Of a stretch of 248,000 bases of DNA, positions 14,883 through 28,989 are shown piece by piece. The stretch lies in the NCBI GenBank assembly GCA_951406725.2, contig OX597823.1, positions 38,212,001 to 38,460,000 on the forward strand. The letters are read 5' to 3'. Position numbers and translations under genes: made by a program. The DNA comes from Octopus vulgaris (Eukaryota). Every line of letters starts with the position of its first letter. Within the stretch, counting starts at the first letter, position 1. Below the pieces are notes generated by a model. The model made no database searches and was not told where the DNA came from. It saw only the letters and a program-made list of their open reading frames with translations.

Positions 14883-15949
14883 CAAAATTGCATTTGACCC
14901 TCTGGCTGACAACTTATGAAGAGTTGGTAGCCTTCTGTGTCTGTTTTCTGTTTATGCATTTATTATTTTTTTTACCTTATATATATATGTGTGCATGTAT
15001 ATAGGTTTGTGTGTGTGTGTAAATATATATATATAGGTGCAGGCATGGGTATGTTGTAAGAGGTTTGCTTCTCAGCCACATCATTCCCGGTTCAGTTTCC
15101 CTGCATGACACCCAACCTGGCTCCTTCCCCTACTCTCACCCATACTGTCACACCTGCCCCTACCTCTCCAACACCACTATCATCACCAGCATCCACCACT
15201 GCCCCTATCACATCACCAACTCTTTTATCTGCACCTACAGCAATGTCATCTACTACATCTACAGCTCTGTTTGTCCTTCCTTGTACATTGGTCAAATGGA
15301 ATGTCGTTTAGCTGATTAGTTCACTGAGCATCTCTGAGACATCGGACTTGGCAATGGGACCCCGGTCTCATGCCACTTCCATTCAACGGCTCATTTGCTA
15401 CAACATCTGTTTATGTTCAGACTGTCTTTGCACAAAGGTCACTCGGAATCCCACCATGCCATGAACAGGAATTAATATTCTCCCTTCATTCTTTTGTTCC
15501 TTATGACCTTAAATCACCACTCTGCTTCATCTAGCACCAACCCCACACATATTCCCACACACTTTCCACCTTTAAGTACCCCTTCCCTCCACCCCCACAC
15601 TTGTTCACTGCCTAACTCAATACCCTCACCACACACACCATTATATGAACACCCCTATGCACTGTTCAACTCAGTACCCTCACCATTATGCACACTCACA
15701 TGCACATACATTCACACATGTCTCACTCCACACACACCAGCACCCAATACCTCCCAACTCCTAACTCTCATCACCCCTATCCCACCTCGCACTTCCATGC
15801 ATTCCTCCAGAACACACAGTATTCACTCCTAAAAATACATGCAATGCATATGCACACAACATGCCTGAACACAGACGATATACACACTCACACACAATAT
15901 CTATAGACACATACAACATTTGCTATCTAGCCACAGTAGAAACAGAGAA

Positions 15950-18250
15950 GAGGTTTGCCAATGTCCTACAGCGTGAAGATCAGAGACTTCCAGATTATTC
16001 CAGATTGCTAGACAATGTGTCAGTGTGAATCGAGATAATGTGGGAGAGAAGTGTATGCATATGGATAACAGAATGCTTGCACTTAGTGATGTGAACAAGA
16101 AAGAAGCATGGAAAAGTTATTATGTGAGACTGTTGAATGTAGAGAATTCATGAGATAAAGGGAGTCTCTCTCTCTCATGTGAATATAGCAGAGGGGCTGG
16201 CTATACTAATGGACAGTAGTGTGGTAGATAGGGCAATTAAAAACATGAAAACTTGGAAAGCCAAATCACAATTCCATCCAGAATCACAACTGAGATGCTC
16301 AAAATATCTGGTAAGGTAGGATATAGGTTAGTCACATCATCATCATCGTTTAACGTCTGCTTTCCATGCTAGCATGGGTTGGACGATTTTGACTGAGGGC
16401 TGGCGAGCCAGATGGCTGCACCAGGCACCAATCTTGATCTGGCAGAGTTTCTACAGCTGGATGCCCTTCCTAACGCCAACCACTCCGAGAGTGTAGTGGG
16501 TGCTTTTTACGTGCCACTGGCATGGGGGCCAGTCAGGTGGTACTGGCAATGACCTCACACAAATCACCTGCATAGTTAGTCAGATCATTCAAGAAGGTGT
16601 AATACCCAGTGAATAGTGTAGCAGTATAATTGTTAGCTGCTATAAGGGTAAGGGTGATGCTTTAGATAGAAGCAATTATAGAGGCATCAATCTCCTGGAC
16701 CAGGTGATGAAAATTATGGAGAGAGTTATAGTCCAATTAATTAGGAGCAGAATTAGGCTAGACGAAATGCAGTTCAGCTTTGCCTGGGGAAGAAGCACTA
16801 CTGATGCTATTTTCATAGTCAGGCAACTGCAAGAGAAATACTTGGTTAAGAATAAGCCATTATACTTGGCATTCATTTGATCAAGAGAAAGCCATCTATA
16901 GAGTGCTCTGCTGTGTGATATGGTGGGCTCTGGGGAGGCTAGGAGGCTAGGGATAGATGAATGGCTGGTGAAAGCTGTATAGACCATGTGCAAAGACATT
17001 CAGTCATTAGTCCACTCCTCTTCATCATTGTCCTCTAGGCTATAACCTGGGAATTCAAGACTGGCAGCCCCTGGGAACTACTATATACTGATGATCTTGC
17101 CTTCATAGCAGATTCCATGTCAGAGCTAGATGAGAAATTCCAGATGGGGAAGCAAAATCTGGAATCTAAGGGCTTTGTGGTTAACTTAGCAAAGACTAAG
17201 GTTCTAGTAAGCAAAAAACTGACAGGACTCTACTCCTCTCAGGTAGGTGGCCCTGTTCGATTCGTAGGAAAAGTGTGGGCAGGAACTCCATTTGGTGTTC
17301 TCAGTATAAGCTATGGTTGCACAAGAGGTGCGGTGGATTAATATGAAGGTTATCAGATAGTTTTCATATGTGGAAGATGCATAGGATCCATAAAAACTTT
17401 AGAGTCTCAGGAAATTGATTCTCTCAAATGCCCTGGTGGCTCATTATAGGTAATAGATCATTTCTACAACCTAGGGGACCAAATTAGTAGTGGGAGAGGA
17501 TGCACAGAGGGTGTGATAACTAGAATGAGAATAGGATTGAAGAAATTCAGAGGCTGTTACCTTTGTTGGTCAGAGAAGGTTTCTCTCTTCGAGTGAAAGG
17601 AAGATTGTATGATGCATGTATACGGACAGTAATTCTACATGATAGTGAGATGTGGGCCCTGAATGCAGAGGGCAAGTGAAGTTTAGAAAGGAATGAGGCT
17701 AGTATGCTCTGCTGGATGTGTAATGTAACTGTACATGTTCAACAGAGTGCTAATGTTTTGAGAGAGCAGTTAGGTATAAGAAGAATTAGTTGCTGCATGC
17801 AAGAGAGAAAACTGAGCTGGTTTGGTCATGTGATGTAGATGGATGCGATGCTAACAGCTCCATAAAGAAGTGCCAACCTCTCGAGGAAATGGAAGACCCA
17901 GGAAGTCATAGTATGAAGTACCTCAGAACGACCTCAGAACGCTGAACCTTTCAGGTGAAATGACAAAGGACCAATATGCCTGGTGCCTTGCTGTATTCAA
18001 GAAGACCTATACCCTGCAACAGAAATGTTAAGTTTGGTCCCTCTGGTAGTCTTAACCTCCCAACCTCTAACTCATGGTAGTGCCACATAAAAGGACCCAA
18101 GCAGTGCCACGTAAAACCACCTGTACAGAACCATGTAAAACTGCCTATGTGGAGACACATAAAAGCACCGATGTGGTTCCATGTAAAAGCACTCAGCACA
18201 CTCTGAAAGGTGGTTGTCATTAGGAAGAGTATCCAACTATAGAAACCATG
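15950..18250 (+). pseudogene. Decayed RTE LINE (RT region to 3' UTR) with a nested RTE-tail repeat at 16335-16565
   Basis: STTDAIFIVRQLQEKY, LLYTDDL, NLAKTKVLVS and LRVKGRLYDACIRT fragments across frames. Confidence 0.85.
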
Positions 18251-18261
18251 CCAAATGAAGG

Positions 18262-18492
18262 CAGTGAGCAGCCAGAAACGTTAGCACACCAGGTGAAATG
18301 CTTAGCGGTATTTCGCTGCCGTTACATTCTGAGTTCAAATTCCGCTGGGGTCAACTTTGCCTTTCATCCTTTTGGGATCGATAAATTAAGTCCCAGTTAC
18401 GCACTGGGGTCGATGTAATCGACTTAATCCCTTTGTCTGTCCTTGCTTGTCCCCTCTATGTTTAGCCCCTTGTGGGCAATGAAGAAATAAGA
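18262..18492 (+). mobile_element. tRNA-derived SINE (family with gtcgactttgcctttcatcc core); dozens of further copies in the window
   Basis: Head ggcagtgagc...gttagcac, B-box-like gagttcaaattcc, core tttgcctttcatccttttgggatcgataaattaagt, tail gaagaaataagaa. Confidence 0.8.
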
Positions 18493-19258
18493 AACCATGC
18501 CAAATCAGACTGGAATTTGGTGCAGCTCCCCAGCTTGCTTGGTCTGCTCAAAGCATCCAATCCATGCCAGCATGGACAATGCTATATAAATTAATGGTAA
18601 AATATCTCTTTACCTTCACCCATTTAGTACACTAGATAATGTAATTGCAATGCAATGAAAAAACACTTGTGTATTAATAATTGGGTATTCTACCAGCAGT
18701 ATATTGGATAGATATTATCCCTTGGTTGGATTCACAACCTCTAACTTTCTTGGAGTTATATATATAATATATACATATATCCGAAATGTACAGTATTATA
18801 TATCCATCATGGCTGATCTTACCAATCAGTTTTGCGCAAGAAATACAATGGAGTGTCAGGTAACAATTTGATTATATAACTTTATACTCACCAAAGTTAG
18901 CTGATATGGAAGGTAATATCATTGTCATGTAATGACTGTCTTCCATGTTGACATGGGTTAGATGGTTTGAAAGGGACTGGTAAGCCAGAGGGCTGCCCCA
19001 AGCTCTACTGTCTGCTTTGGTATGGATTTTAAGGCTGGATACTCTTCCTAATGCCATCTATGATCATGTCTTTGTATTTTTCCCCCTGCCATCCCATGAC
19101 TTGGTAGTTTTGCAAAAGAGACCAATAGAATAAGTACCAGGCTTTTAAAAAATCAGTACTGGGGTTAATTCATTCAAAGGAAAAATGCTTCTATGAGGTG
19201 TTCCAGTATGGCTGTCATCTAATGATTGAAACAAAAAAAAGAAAGATGTATATGTATG

Positions 19259-19290
<32 letters not shown>

Positions 19291-20583
19291 TGTATGTATG
19301 TATGTATGTATGTATGTATGTATGTATGTATGTATGTATGTATGTATGTATGTATGTATGTATGTATGTATGTATGGATGGATGTGTGTGTATGTATGTA
19401 TATGTATGTATGTACCTATATGTATGTATGTATGTGTGTGTATGTATGTATATGTATGTGCATAGATATGCATATGTATATGCTTACACATGCATGCATA
19501 ACATATGTATGTATTGCTAGTGCCACTAGACTGGCTCCTGTGCAGGTGGCACATAAAAAAGCACCATTTGAGTGTGGTCACTGCCAGTATCGCCTGACTG
19601 GCCCTCGTGCCGGTGGCATGTAAAACCACCCACTACACTCTTGGAGTGGCTGGCATTAGGAAGGGCATCCAGCTGTAGAAACTCTACCAAATCAGATTGG
19701 AGCCTGGTGCAGCCATCTGGTTCGCCAGTCCCCAGTTAAATCGTCCAACCCATGCTATCATGGAAAGCAGACGTTAAACAATGATGATAATGATTTCCCT
19801 TTTGCTTTGTTTCTCTTCCTTTGTTTTGTTTGTGTTTTCTTTTTGTTTGTAAAATGCTAAAAATAGTATTTCAGTATAGGAATACAAAGTGAAAAATAAA
19901 AATCTGATCTAACTGTGCTTTTTATTTTACACATACAAGGAGATGCATATGCCACTATTGCAGAATGATGTTAATTGATGCAATATTGTTTATATATAAC
20001 TTACAGCAATGAACAGCTGGTAATGACATGTTGAAACAACTGTAGTGATATATGTAATAAAGAATGTTCAATCCATTTTGTCTTATTAATATTTTTGTAT
20101 GTTTATAAGGTGGTGTGCTGGCAAAATGCTGAGCAGCATTTTGTCTGTCTTTACATCCTGAGTTCAAATTCTGCTGAGGTTGACCTTGCCTTTCATCCTT
20201 TTGTGATTGATAAAATAAGTACCAGTTGAACACTGATGCTGATCTAACTATCTAAACCCTACTCTGAAATTGCTGGCCTTGTGCCAAAAATTGAAACAAA
20301 TTGAGCAGCGAGCTGGCAGAATTGTTATCATGCCAGGCAAAATGGGGAGTAACATTTCATCTGTCATCTTGTTCTGAGTTCAAATTCAAGGTCGACTTTG
20401 CCTTTCATCCTCTCAAGATTGATAAAATAAGTACTAGCTGAGCTCTGAGGTTGATGTAGTTGACTTACTCACTCCTCCAAACTTGCTGGCCTTGTGCCAA
20501 AATTTTGTATGTATATATTTTTATATGTGTGTGTATATATATATACATATATAGGAAAAAAGCAACAAGAATGGATTAAAATC

Positions 20584-20667
20584 TCGGTACGATCGTTTCG
20601 TACGAGGACATCTTTAATAAGCTACAAAAAATGCAGTGAATACAGATGGCTCGTACTCGTCAGCCGA
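20584..20667 (-). ncRNA. Type I hammerhead ribozyme (left arm)
   Basis: Exact reverse complement of the motif at 21374-21457. Confidence 0.85.
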
Positions 20668-21373
20668 AAAACATCAGAGAATTCCCAAACATCAAAAGGG
20701 GTAGATACAAAAGAGGTTGTAAGATTAGCTGCATTGAAGAAAGTTCGATTCGTGGAGATCCGATGAAAGGTTTTAAAGCTATAGAATTTATGCATGTCTA
20801 CATATAGCTCATATTGAATATTTGATCAAGTTGTGTGAAGAAATTTTCGGATACAGTCATGCAAAATTTCTGAAAATCCCGCTACAATATAAGACTGTCA
20901 TTTTGCTTCTCATTTGGATTCCCTGATATTTTTCGCATGATTGTACCCTAAATCTCTTCACAAAACTGGATTATGAACTATAAGGACATACACATATTTT
21001 GTAAGTTCAAGACTTTTTCATCGGATCTCCAAAAAATCGAACTTATCTGCGATTCTTGTAAATGTCAATAACAATCTGTTCCTCTACACGATATGACAGT
21101 CACTTTGCTTTTACTCAGACTTTCCTCTACATGATATGGCAGTCACTTTGCCTCTTACTCGGATTTTCAGAAATTTTGCATGACTGTATCCGAAAATTTC
21201 TTCACACAACTTGATCAAATATTCAATATGAGCTATATGTAGACATGCATAAATTCTATAGCTTTAAAACCTTTCATCGGATCTCCACGAATCGAACTTT
21301 CTTCAATGCAGCTAATCTTACAACCTCTTTTGTATCTACCCCTTTTGATGTTTGGGAATTCTCTGATGTTTTT

Positions 21374-21457
21374 TCGGCTGACGAGTACGAGCCATCTGTA
21401 TTCACTGCATTTTTTGTAGCTTATTAAAGATGTCCTCGTACGAAACGATCGTACCGA
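21374..21457 (+). ncRNA. Type I hammerhead ribozyme (right arm)
   Basis: tcgg-CTGACGA-gtacgag-(loop)-ctcgtac-GAAAC-gatc-GTA-ccga: stem I tcgg/ccga, 7-bp stem II closed by G-C, palindromic stem III ACGATCGT, GUA cleavage triplet. Confidence 0.88.
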
Positions 21458-21607
21458 GATTTTAATCCATTCTTGTTGCTTTTTTCCTATTTGTAATCAC
21501 CCCACTTGTCGTATGGTTAACACCATATAGATTTCCGGTGCATCCTAGTTAAGGACCATATTCAAGTGAATTCTTTAGAATTCACTAGAATCTCAATTAC
21601 TTAACCG

Positions 21608-21826
<219 letters not shown>

Positions 21827-22368
21827 GTATTTGCTGGGGATTGCTGGGGAGGGTTAGCACCTATGGTCTTTGCAGTTATCCTAGACTGGTGAGATCAATA
21901 TCATTCATTAATGTTCTTTTAACAAAAGTTTAGGAAAGAAGGACTAAACATAGTAATTAGTGTAAGGCTTGGACAGGAGGGAGAGTGTTGGAGACAACAA
22001 AGATAATGAGAGGAGAAGAGACAAGTGGTTAGGGAAAACCTGAATGGAGCTCATGACGTGCACCCAGACTGTCTCAAGGAGCAGAGGCCATTATAGTAGT
22101 GGTAGAAATAGCAGAGGGAGGATGATTGTGGCTAGGAAATCTTTGATCAAGGATGACATGTTGCAGTAATATTGATATGAAATATTTTGGTGATCAAAAC
22201 TGTGTAATCTGCATCATGTTTTGGTGGAGAATGTTGCTGGGAAATTGCCATAAGTGATCATAGTTTATAGTGAGTTAGGGCTCCAAACACTAAGTGATCA
22301 TGTTGTAGTGATGGGTGGGAATAATGATGGCAGCAGTGGAGATGGAGTGGTGATAGTGGTGGTGGTTG

Positions 22369-22400
<32 letters not shown>

Positions 22401-22608
22401 ATGATGATAATGGTGGTGATAGTGATGGTGATGGTGGTGCTGATTATGTGCCATATCTATCATTAAATGAACCGTACCTGACATTATTGCTTTTGGTACA
22501 GTGAAAAATTTGGTCCAGAGAAAATTGATTTTCCAATTGATTTTATTATAGACATTGTTTTACTTACTTCAATACATTACAAGTGTACACACATACACAC
22601 ACCTATAT

Positions 22609-22725
<117 letters not shown>

Positions 22726-22849
22726 CACACATATAAGATATATATATATTATGTATAACCCATGCTATCATGGAAAGTGGACGCTAAACGATGATGATGA
22801 TGACACACACACACATATATATATATATATAATGCAGTTCTATATTTAA

Positions 22850-22984
22850 ATGATGAGGAATTATGTGCATTATTTACATTTGAAGGATATTTCATCTTGT
22901 TTCGGATGATATACCCTCCAGCCTTCATCAGTTATCTTGAGGGAAATTTCAAACCTGAGTTCTCATTCCTAAGGTATTTTTTGA

Positions 22985-23073
<89 letters not shown>

Positions 23074-23310
23074 TCACTGCCTGGAATCAAACTTGGGATC
23101 TTGGCGTTAGTAGCCCAAGATTCCAAGTTCGATTCCAGGCAGTGTCCTGAATAATGATAATAATAATAATAATAATGATAATAATAATAATAATAATAAT
23201 AATAACATCGAAAAAGACCTTAGGAATGAGAACCCATGTTTGAAATTTCCCCAAGATACCTGATTAAGGCTGGAGTGAGGACAAACATCCATCAAATGTA
23301 AATAATGTAA
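22850..23310. repeat. Inverted-repeat element with mirrored (TTA)n/(TAA)n tracts and an HHR-like core
   Basis: ...aggtattttttgatgtt(att)n-caggtcactgcctggaatc / gattccaggcagtgtcctg-(aat)n-aacatcgaaaaagacctt. The minus strand at ~22890-22935 reads CTGATGA-agg...tcc-GAAAC but has lost the cleavage triplet. Confidence 0.7.
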
Positions 23311-23570
23311 ATAATATATATATATTCATCCTTTTACTCTTTTACTTCTTTCAGTCATTTGACTGCAGCCATGCTGAAGCACTGTTATAGAAATCAACCC
23401 CAGAACTTATTCTTTATAAGCCTAGTACTTATTCCATCAGTCTATTTTGCCGAACCACTAAGCTATGGCAACATAAACACACCAAAAGTGGTTGTCAAAT
23501 GATGGTGTGAGGACTTACACAAACACACAAATACATACATACATACAAACATATATATATACATATACAT

Positions 23571-23634
<64 letters not shown>

Positions 23635-23635
<1 letters not shown>

Positions 23636-23910
23636 AAATTACAGTCTTAAAGATATCGTTAAATTCCATGAATTAACAAGAAGAGTGAGATGGAAGGCTC
23701 TCTTCGATGATAAATAACAGAGTACAGAAGAGAACTTATCCAATAATACCAACGAGGAACTTACCAAAATTAGAAGCAATTTTAAATCTAGAAAAGTCCC
23801 CCCAGCAAACTGAAAATTAGAAAATTTTGAAGATAGTGTATGGAAACTACTTAAAAATATCAAATTTAAGAAAAACCATATATTAAAGTACAAATTCAAA
23901 GAGCTTAGTA
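23635..23910 (+). pseudogene. Penelope-like element N-terminal coding fragment
   Basis: Translates as FHELTRRVRWKALF...NFKSRKVPP...ENFEDSVWKLLKNIKF, the usual PLE N-terminal pattern; contains stops. Confidence 0.65.
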
Positions 23911-24269
23911 AATTATATATATATATATATATTACATACATGCATACATACGAAGTGCTTCTTTCAGTTTCCCTCAAATAAATCCACTCACAAGGCTTTG
24001 GTCGGACCATGACTATAGAAGATACTTGCCCAAGGTGCCACACAGTGGGACTGAACCTGGAACCATGTGGTTGGAAAGCAATCACACAGCCACTCCTGCA
24101 CCTATAAATATATATACATATATATATATATATATACAAATATATATGTATACATGTATGTATGTGTGCGTGCATACATGTGTGTATGTGTGTATTTGAG
24201 TAGAAATGCAGAAATAATAGAAACATTAGTTGGCTCATATTCCACGAGGGTGATCCCACCAAGGGAAAA

Positions 24270-24925
24270 TCTGGCATTGTCAGAGGCAGATCCAGCTGGT
24301 TTCCTCGAATGTTTCCTAAACCAGGATGAGTGTTAGATTCATCACTTTGAGTCAAAGACAAAGAAGCAATCAATGTAGTGGGAAACCCTACCTCACCTGT
24401 TTCAAAGAAAACCAAGGTTGTTTCATCTGCAGGAAAAGTGATGGACTCTGTTTTTTGGGGGGTATGTAAAAGGCATTGTGTTTAACTATCTTTGAAAGGG
24501 CCACACTATCAATGGAGAATACTATGCAAACTTGCTGAGGCAGTTATCAAAGGCTATCAAGAACAAACACCAGGAAAACTGACAAAAAGGGCCTTGTTTC
24601 TTCAGCACAATGCTCCAACACACAAGTCCTTGGTTTCAATGGCTGCTCTGCATGACTGTGGCTTTGAACTGGTTGATCAGCCTCCCTATTTTCCCAATTT
24701 GCTCCCATCTGACTATCATTTGTTCCCCAACATAAAAAAAAAACACTTGGCTGGGAACCAGTATTGCAGTGATGAGGACAACATATCTACTGTTGATGAC
24801 TTTTTTGACCAACAGGATGACAGCTCCTTCACCAATGAGATCCAAGTACTGCAACACTGATGGAAGGAATGTGTGGACTGCTAGAGGGACTATGTTGAAA
24901 AGTAAACCTCATTTGGTCACATTCC
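24270..24925 (+). mobile_element. Mariner (DD34D) transposase fragment
   Basis: QDEC*IHHF, FLQHNAPTHKS, QPPYFPNLLPSDYHLFPNIKK. Confidence 0.9.
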
Positions 24926-24971
24926 AATAATACCCCACCATATTATAGGCACAGTTAATTTTCCTAATCTA

Positions 24972-25390
24972 TGTGATTGCAGAGATAAAAATACTTGTGA
25001 ACTCTTGAATAAATGTAAAACTAAAAATGTAATCTACCAATGTGACTTATTCTCCAATAATTACAAGAAAATTTATATAGGAGCAACTAAAAATGAAATG
25101 AAACTTAGATATAATTCTCATTGCTCAAGTTTCAGAAAGAGAAGTAAGACTAACTCTTCCGTATTAAGTAGTTACATCTAGGAACTGAAAGATAATAACA
25201 TTAATTATAGATTAGGATGGCGTATCCTAGCCAAAACATCTTCATAAAACCTTAAAAATAATCGCTGTAATTTATGCATAAATGAGAAAGTCTTAATTTT
25301 AATGGCCAAATCAGAATTACTTAATAAACGAGACAAGAAAAATATTGCATGTTTACATAGAGATAAATTCTTATTCTGTAAATACTGCTA
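24972..25390 (+). pseudogene. Penelope GIY-YIG endonuclease domain (two in-frame stops)
   Basis: CDCRDKNTC...KNVIYQC...IYIGATKNEMKLRYNSH...SSYI*ELKD...W.IL...CNLCINEK...LLNKR, read directly from the sequence. Confidence 0.85.
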
Positions 25391-26139
25391 ATACCTACAT
25401 TATAGGTTATTAGCTGACCTGCCTAACATCTGATTACTTACCCTAAACCCCTCCCCCTCAATACAGAGCATAATTTAACATCACATCACAATTAAATTAA
25501 ATCAAATTATCCCAATTAACTGAATTATCTATCTTACATTCTACGATGTACACCAGGACATAAAATACTCTATAATATATTCACTTTAAAGTTAGATCGC
25601 TGACTAACATACCAATTGCTAGGGCAGCCACTGACATAAACATTATTAAATGAGTGATTTAGGTTGTCCTAGCTGACTGTATTGGTTTTTAATTATATTA
25701 ATGAGTAGATAGATAGCACCACACATAGCAACATATTATTTTTATTTATATATTTTATTATTATACCTTTTACGTAACCCAAATTTATACATTATATCAC
25801 ACTAACTTTTTAAAAGCATCCTTAGGTTTTAACAAGGGGATTATGTGTAATCATAGGGACTTATCTAGCAGTCACAAACAGCGTTATATATTACAATTAA
25901 CAACACCAGATATTAATACCAGGTACAACACCTTTGACTAACACTGCCGGTCAACTAGTCATTTCCCCCACTTATTTCTCCATTCATCTAACTGAAGAAA
26001 TGTACACACCCGTGGAATCCAAAAAGGGCACAAAAATGTAAGCCTAAAAACTTAATGAACTTTTTCCTTTTTTCCTTTTCTCCTTTTCCTTTCCATTTCC
26101 CTTTTTCTCCTATCTATATTTCTCCAATAAACTCTAAAT

Positions 26140-26218
26140 CATTCTGATGATGTTTGTTAAATGGAACAAGATAAATGCAAATTTACTTTGAAATAACAAA
26201 CTCAAACAGCAGTAAATG
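26140..26218 (+). ncRNA. Degenerate hammerhead in the 3' region of the PLE
   Basis: catt-CTGATGA-tgtttgtta...taacaaact-CAAAC-agca-GTA-aatg: stems I and II pair, but GAAA is mutated to CAAA. Confidence 0.55.
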
Positions 26219-27753
26219 TTCTTGAACTACAGTTAAACTATGACCTTTTAATGCCATTGATCAACTTGTAATTGTTAATTGTTTCTCCATTTCTTTTCTT
26301 ATCTGTATATATACATATATATAAAATTGTTAAAGAGGACAACAAACGTTTTATATATCTGCTATATCGGAAGTCTGCAATAGCTCCATAATTACTGTTT
26401 CGGCTATAACTTTGGAACTTTGGTAATCTGTTACAACACTTACCTAGTGTACCTAATTGTTTAGATCAACTGTGAACTAAACTTCCATATTTTGTATATA
26501 TATATATATTAAAAATGTGAAAGGCTGGTTTATGGCATTACCTTAGGTTTCCTGTCCATGAAGTGTTTAGCTTTATGGCATATTGTCAGATCCCAAACAC
26601 CTGTTGGCCCATGACCTCTTAAAATATGGAGGGGCAAATGCCTCACTACTCAAAGTTAACAAGTGGGGATTATCTCTATTGCTAATGACCATCAACTTCT
26701 GGCTGTGCCGCCATCTTACAGGCTCCAAAAGGCTAGCAGGAACTTCCTGAAATGTAAACATGGCCCGAAAATCTCTGTTCTGGAGATTTTTGAAGTGAAA
26801 TTTCTGGGTAAAGTGCTGGTTAAGAAGTGCACAATACCCCGAAATAAGGAGACCCTACAGTTCGAATGCTGGAAGTTATTCAAGACATTTGCCAAAAGAT
26901 TACTTGAAGTTCAAAGATGTCAACATGTAAATTGGCACAGCAGTCTCACATAAGCAGGAGGTCATGCCAAAGTCTAAAGTTGAAGCCATATCATTTCACA
27001 TGTGTACAGCAATTAAAAGTGGATGACTAGAGCACACAGGTTTCTGAATAGCAATTACAAGCAGCTAAAATAGCACAATGACAATTGCAAACAAAAGGCT
27101 GGGTGTTTTTTTTGTGTGTAAATTTATTTCTGTATTTACACAATGCAATGAACTTCAGGGACATGCACATAAATAGGTAACTAGATACTTAGGCAGATAA
27201 TTTATACATACATATATATATTTACTTGAGTCTAAGAGACCTTAAGTCAGGGAGAATATGCACTCATATAACTGTTGGTATGCACTACACTTTACACATC
27301 ACTTTATGCATCACATATTACATCACATTACGCATTAAACATTTCACACCACACAGTAATATGTAAAAAAAAAACCCCACATAACTTTATCCTTTACATG
27401 CACCATGCACCCCACCCCCACAGAGAAACCACACATTTTTATACAATCCTTCTCAACTTCACAATTTCCTTCTGCCAACTCAGCAGCAAACTTAATCAAG
27501 GGGCATAACTCATAACTGACTCTCCTGGAACATTTTTATCCTACCACCTTTACACAGCAGATGCTGACTGGTCATGCTCATTTCCACCTCCAGCAGTGGA
27601 GAGTGGTCGCCATTTCCCCTCCCATGTTGGCTATTTCTGATGCGCATATATTATATAACTGGTTTGTGGCTTAACACTCCATTATATAGTTTCACACAAA
27701 ACTGATTGGTAAGACCAGCCGTGATGGATAATTAACACTATAAAATTCAGACA

Positions 27754-27796
<43 letters not shown>

Positions 27797-28920
27797 GGGA
27801 GAGAGATACATATATGTATATACATACATATATACATACAGTCACACACACATATGTACATATACTTTTGTGTGTGTGTGTGGTGTACAGGTGTGTATGT
27901 GCATGTGTGTGTATGTTTTTGCCTGTGTTTGTGTTTATTCCTCTGTCCACCACTCGACAACTGGTGCTGGCTTGTTTACATCTCTGCAACTTAGTGGTTC
28001 AGCAAGAGAGACCAATAAAATAAGCATCAAACTTTAAAAAAAAAAATCAAATACTGGATTTGATTTGTTCAGCTAAACTCTTCAAGGCAGTGCCCCAGCC
28101 AGGTGGCAGTCCAGTGACTGAAGCAAGTAAAAGATAAAAGATAACAAAATAGATATGTTATTAACAAGGAAATTTCCCCAAGATTTAGAGATTGACTGCA
28201 ATGTTATAGCAAAACTTCAAAATGAAAATAAGCATTAATAGTTTGGTATTTAAATTTCAAGAGTCATATTTGGAACATTTGTGAGAACAAATTCTGTTCC
28301 AATGTAGAATAACCTATAATTGTTCTGAGATGTAGGAATGTTGAAGAAAACAGACTTGCTGTTGCTTTGATGGAACATTGCCAACATTTGTTCAACTCAT
28401 AAATACATTAGTTACTGACTTGTGAACATAGTGCTTAAAGGAGTGCAAGTTCAGTTGTTAAAATATTCACTTCATTATAAATTTATAAGTTTCAACTTAG
28501 TTTCCCTTGAGTCGAGTTACGGAACTAATAAAGCATGAAATAGTTACTTTATTAACTAATATAAAAAATACCGTTTCCATTATAGTGTCATCTTTTAATT
28601 TGATATTTACAATATTCTATTTGTATTGAGTATGTTTGACTTTTTAATCCTCTTTCTTGTTAGAATGGCTGTTAATTTGGTAACAATTGCATGTATTATT
28701 GACTACTCTTCTGTTGAAGAATTGAAGAATTCTGGCTTATGTCTGCAACAATATGATGGTGTAGCAGTAAACTCTTAAGGAATTCGATCCACAACTGGTT
28801 TTAAATCACAACTGGAACTGCTCCATTACTAATGTCCTTGGGAAAGGCACAAATAACTCAACTTCCAAATGACCTTGTTTGTTCTTCTAGAATTAAAAAT
28901 AAAATTAAAAAGAATATATG

Positions 28921-28989
<69 letters not shown>

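Larger units (their letters stand above)
20551..21490. mobile_element. 940-bp fold-back element with ~330-bp near-perfect inverted arms, each carrying a hammerhead ribozyme
   Basis: Arms 20551-20879 and 21161-21490 are reverse complements (ataggaaaaaagcaacaag... / ...cttgttgcttttttcctat). CpG-rich, so probably young. Confidence 0.9.

Noticed and set aside
15065-15911. Pro/Thr/His-rich ORFs (e.g. TPNLAPSPTLTHTVTPAPTSP)
   Set aside because: Low-complexity C/A-skewed sequence following a SINE head, with no splice context.
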